Assembly (NCBI GenBank): GCA_012295275.1 | Contig: CM022668.1 | Span: forward strand, 15,562,001-15,626,000 | Origin: Chrysomallon squamiferum | Lineage: Eukaryota; Animalia; Mollusca | Length of the DNA stretch: 64,000 nucleotides | Reading direction: 5' to 3' | Part shown: positions 61,680 through 64,000 of the stretch, piece by piece | Position numbering within the stretch: the stretch's first letter is position 1 | How the letters are laid out: the number at the start of each line of letters is the position of its first letter | Position numbers and translations under genes: made by a program | Notes under the pieces: generated by a model | The model's database searches: none | The model's input: the letters and a program-made list of their open reading frames with translations, nothing else | Told to the model about the DNA's origin: nothing

Positions 61680-62503
61680 GCGGTTAACTGGTATACACGC
61701 TTAACGTCAGCAAAAAAAAAAAAAAAAAAAAACTACATAAAAGCTTTCTGACGTCAGCCAAACTCTAACATCACAACCCATCGATAATTTTCCGCTCTGA
61801 TGTCACAGCGAGGTGCAAATCAATTGTTTGACGTCACTGTCATGTTACGCGTACTCTAAATAGAAACTCGAGAGCTAAATATAGTGATTTGACAATCGAG
61901 GCTCTATTTACGGTGCTACAATATTAACGTTTTGCTGAGCCAACACAAAGAGTTAATCAATATTTCCCACCGCAAAGGCTTCGTAATATTCTCCAGTTTG
62001 CACAATCGGATCAATAAAACAACCACGCTCACGCGCTTGGTAAAAATTATTGACCGAAAATACTAGCGTAGCCAAATGCTGTGACGTGTGTTACCCCCTG
62101 ACGTCATATCAAGTAATGATCGGGATTCCCGCGGCCATATTTTAATCGTTCGGCGTTTTGGGAAAGCCTTTCGTAGGAGACCATTGCGGACTGAAGAGGT
62201 TCACTCTAAAAACATACACGGTCTGTTCGAAAACAGTTTTACACTCTCTGCGAGTTGGATTCCGAAAGAAAACAGACGGAACTATGATACGTTGCTGATT
62301 AAAACAGCCGAGGTTGCCAAAGGTCATAATTACTTTGACAGCATAAATTTATCTTTGAGGATAATGAAGGAGACGACTCGGATGTAAAGATGGGCTGTTT
62401 GTTCGGACTACTAGCTGAAGTGAGGGTCCATTGAGATTCTGGGAAAGCCTTCGAAAGTTTCTCAAGTTTCGTCGTTGTTACAAAATTTCACTGGAAGGGG
62501 AAC

Positions 62504-62535
<32 letters not shown>

Positions 62536-62700
62536 GGTTTACGATTCAGCCCTGGAGAAATACCAAGAACCAGTTGAGTTAATATGCAGCTCCGTTCAGA
62601 AGAAATATATTTTTATTACAAGAAAACGCTGAATTAAATTAAATTAAAAAAATTATTATATATAAGAAAAGAAGAAATTATTGCTTTGACCTTTAATCCA
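61680..62700. promoter_or_regulatory. Distal CRE/NBRE cluster upstream of NR4A (candidate enhancer)
   Basis: TGACGTCA at 61749, 61829 and 62099. AAAGGTCA at 62319 and TGACCTTT at 62687. CpG-rich, non-repetitive sequence. Confidence 0.45.
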
Positions 62701-64000
62701 GCTGCAGAAGAGAAAATAAAGAAATGTAAGAAAAAATAAGAAAGGAAATAAATAAATAAAGAAGAAGAAACAACTGAAAAATATTTTCTTTTTATCGATG
62801 AATTGTGATATTTTCATATCACGAAAGAGAAAATATTTACTTGGAAATGACCACACTGAGGAAAGAAAATTAAAAAAAAAAAAGAAGAAAAAAAAAAAAA
62901 GATACAAACTCTCTAACACGTTCCTCATAGAAATTATTTCTGGTGTTTGTAGAAAATTTAAGAAACTTTCATATTTCTGAACTGCAGAAGAAACAAGTTT
63001 TGTAATTTAATAAAATGACACCACAAACGTCAAGGTTTCAATCAACCTATCTACTAATAATTCTTCATTTTAAAAAATTTTTCGGAGATGCCTTGTTCTA
63101 TAATGCTTTACTGACCCGAATGGAATGTTTGGTGCTTTAAACTTATAACGGTTGGATTGAAACAGAAAATTGCCATGAAAACGATTTTCGCAACTTGATG
63201 AACTTCAGCGAGCCAGTTCTTCTTGGAAATTAACTTGTTTTCTCATCGTCATTCATGACTTGACTGTTTTCAGTTTTACAAAAGAATGATAGTCTCACAG
63301 AGAAAGAGAAATGAAAGGATCGTTCGACTTCCTGGGACTGTGATTTCAAGTCAGGACGAACGACTTTGAGAACAGGTGCCAAAAACGTCTCATTTTTTTT
63401 CTTAACCAGCGATTCTTGCTTGTGTAAAAAAAAAAAAAAACGGAGGCTCACACAACAGATTATTATTATTTTAATTTTTTTTTTTTTTCCTTCCTGCCAA
63501 ATATCCGGTGGACTTTAAATAATCTCTGAAACAATTTTACGACCAAAACAATCACGAAAGGTTCTACATCTGGTTAGAAAGTGTTTCCAAAAAGTTTTAA
63601 AACTTCCGTAATTAACATTTATTATCTACGACCAGTGGCAATCGGGGATGATGTACGTCGCATTTCCCGGACCCGAGAGCTGTTCAGGGGAGATAACGCG
63701 GTGTTATCGTGACGTTATCTCCCGTAAGAAAGAGACCGGGATATTGTCCAGCGCAGTAAGTAATCAGAGAGTAACCGAAGAAGAAGCGTGCCAGGGAAAG
63801 TCGGAGAGTTTCTGGTGTCTGAGTGAAACACCCAGTTTCGCTGATACGAGGTACTTAAAAAAATGCATGTTTTAGTTTTTGTTAAGTTCCCTCAGTGCGC
63901 GTGGGGCTGAAGACAATTGCGTGTAATCAGCAACGGGTCAAGAAAGGAAGCTGTGTTTTTGTTCTGTTCATTTTAAAAAACAAAATCATCAAAAAACGCC

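Noticed and set aside
62088-63875. ORFs 62088-62387 and 63648-63875 as genes
   Set aside because: No recognisable domain or exon structure; they fall in CpG-rich, regulatory-looking sequence.

Overview
AT-rich, microsatellite-dense eukaryotic genomic DNA. It is an intron-rich invertebrate, most likely a lophotrochozoan such as a gastropod mollusc (inference). Four spliced protein-coding genes were rebuilt by hand from GT-AG junctions with consistent phase. (1) The 5' part of NPHP3 (minus strand, runs off the left edge). (2) A complete INTS9 (plus, 21 coding exons, 657 aa), head-to-head with NPHP3. (3) A complete front-end fatty acyl desaturase of the FADS1/FADS2 type (minus, 11 coding exons, 432 aa), tail-to-tail with INTS9. 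(4) An NR4A/HR38 nuclear receptor (minus, at least 8 coding exons, about 652 aa) with a 1-nt frameshift in a G8 homopolymer, probably an assembly error. The rest of the window (about 48-64 kb) looks like CpG-rich NR4A upstream regulatory DNA. Almost all other ORFs in the track are microsatellite artefacts. Best leads: a composite NBRE/DR1 site in the desaturase promoter next door to NR4A (possible receptor-PUFA feedback module); a 72-bp tandem repeat that copies an NR4A splice donor in frame between the zinc fingers and the T/A-box; strong CRE enrichment; a sharp CpG-depletion boundary; and a dispersed GGGAGRYWAC motif. No prokaryotic-type systems (CRISPR, IS elements, tRNA or rRNA genes) were seen.
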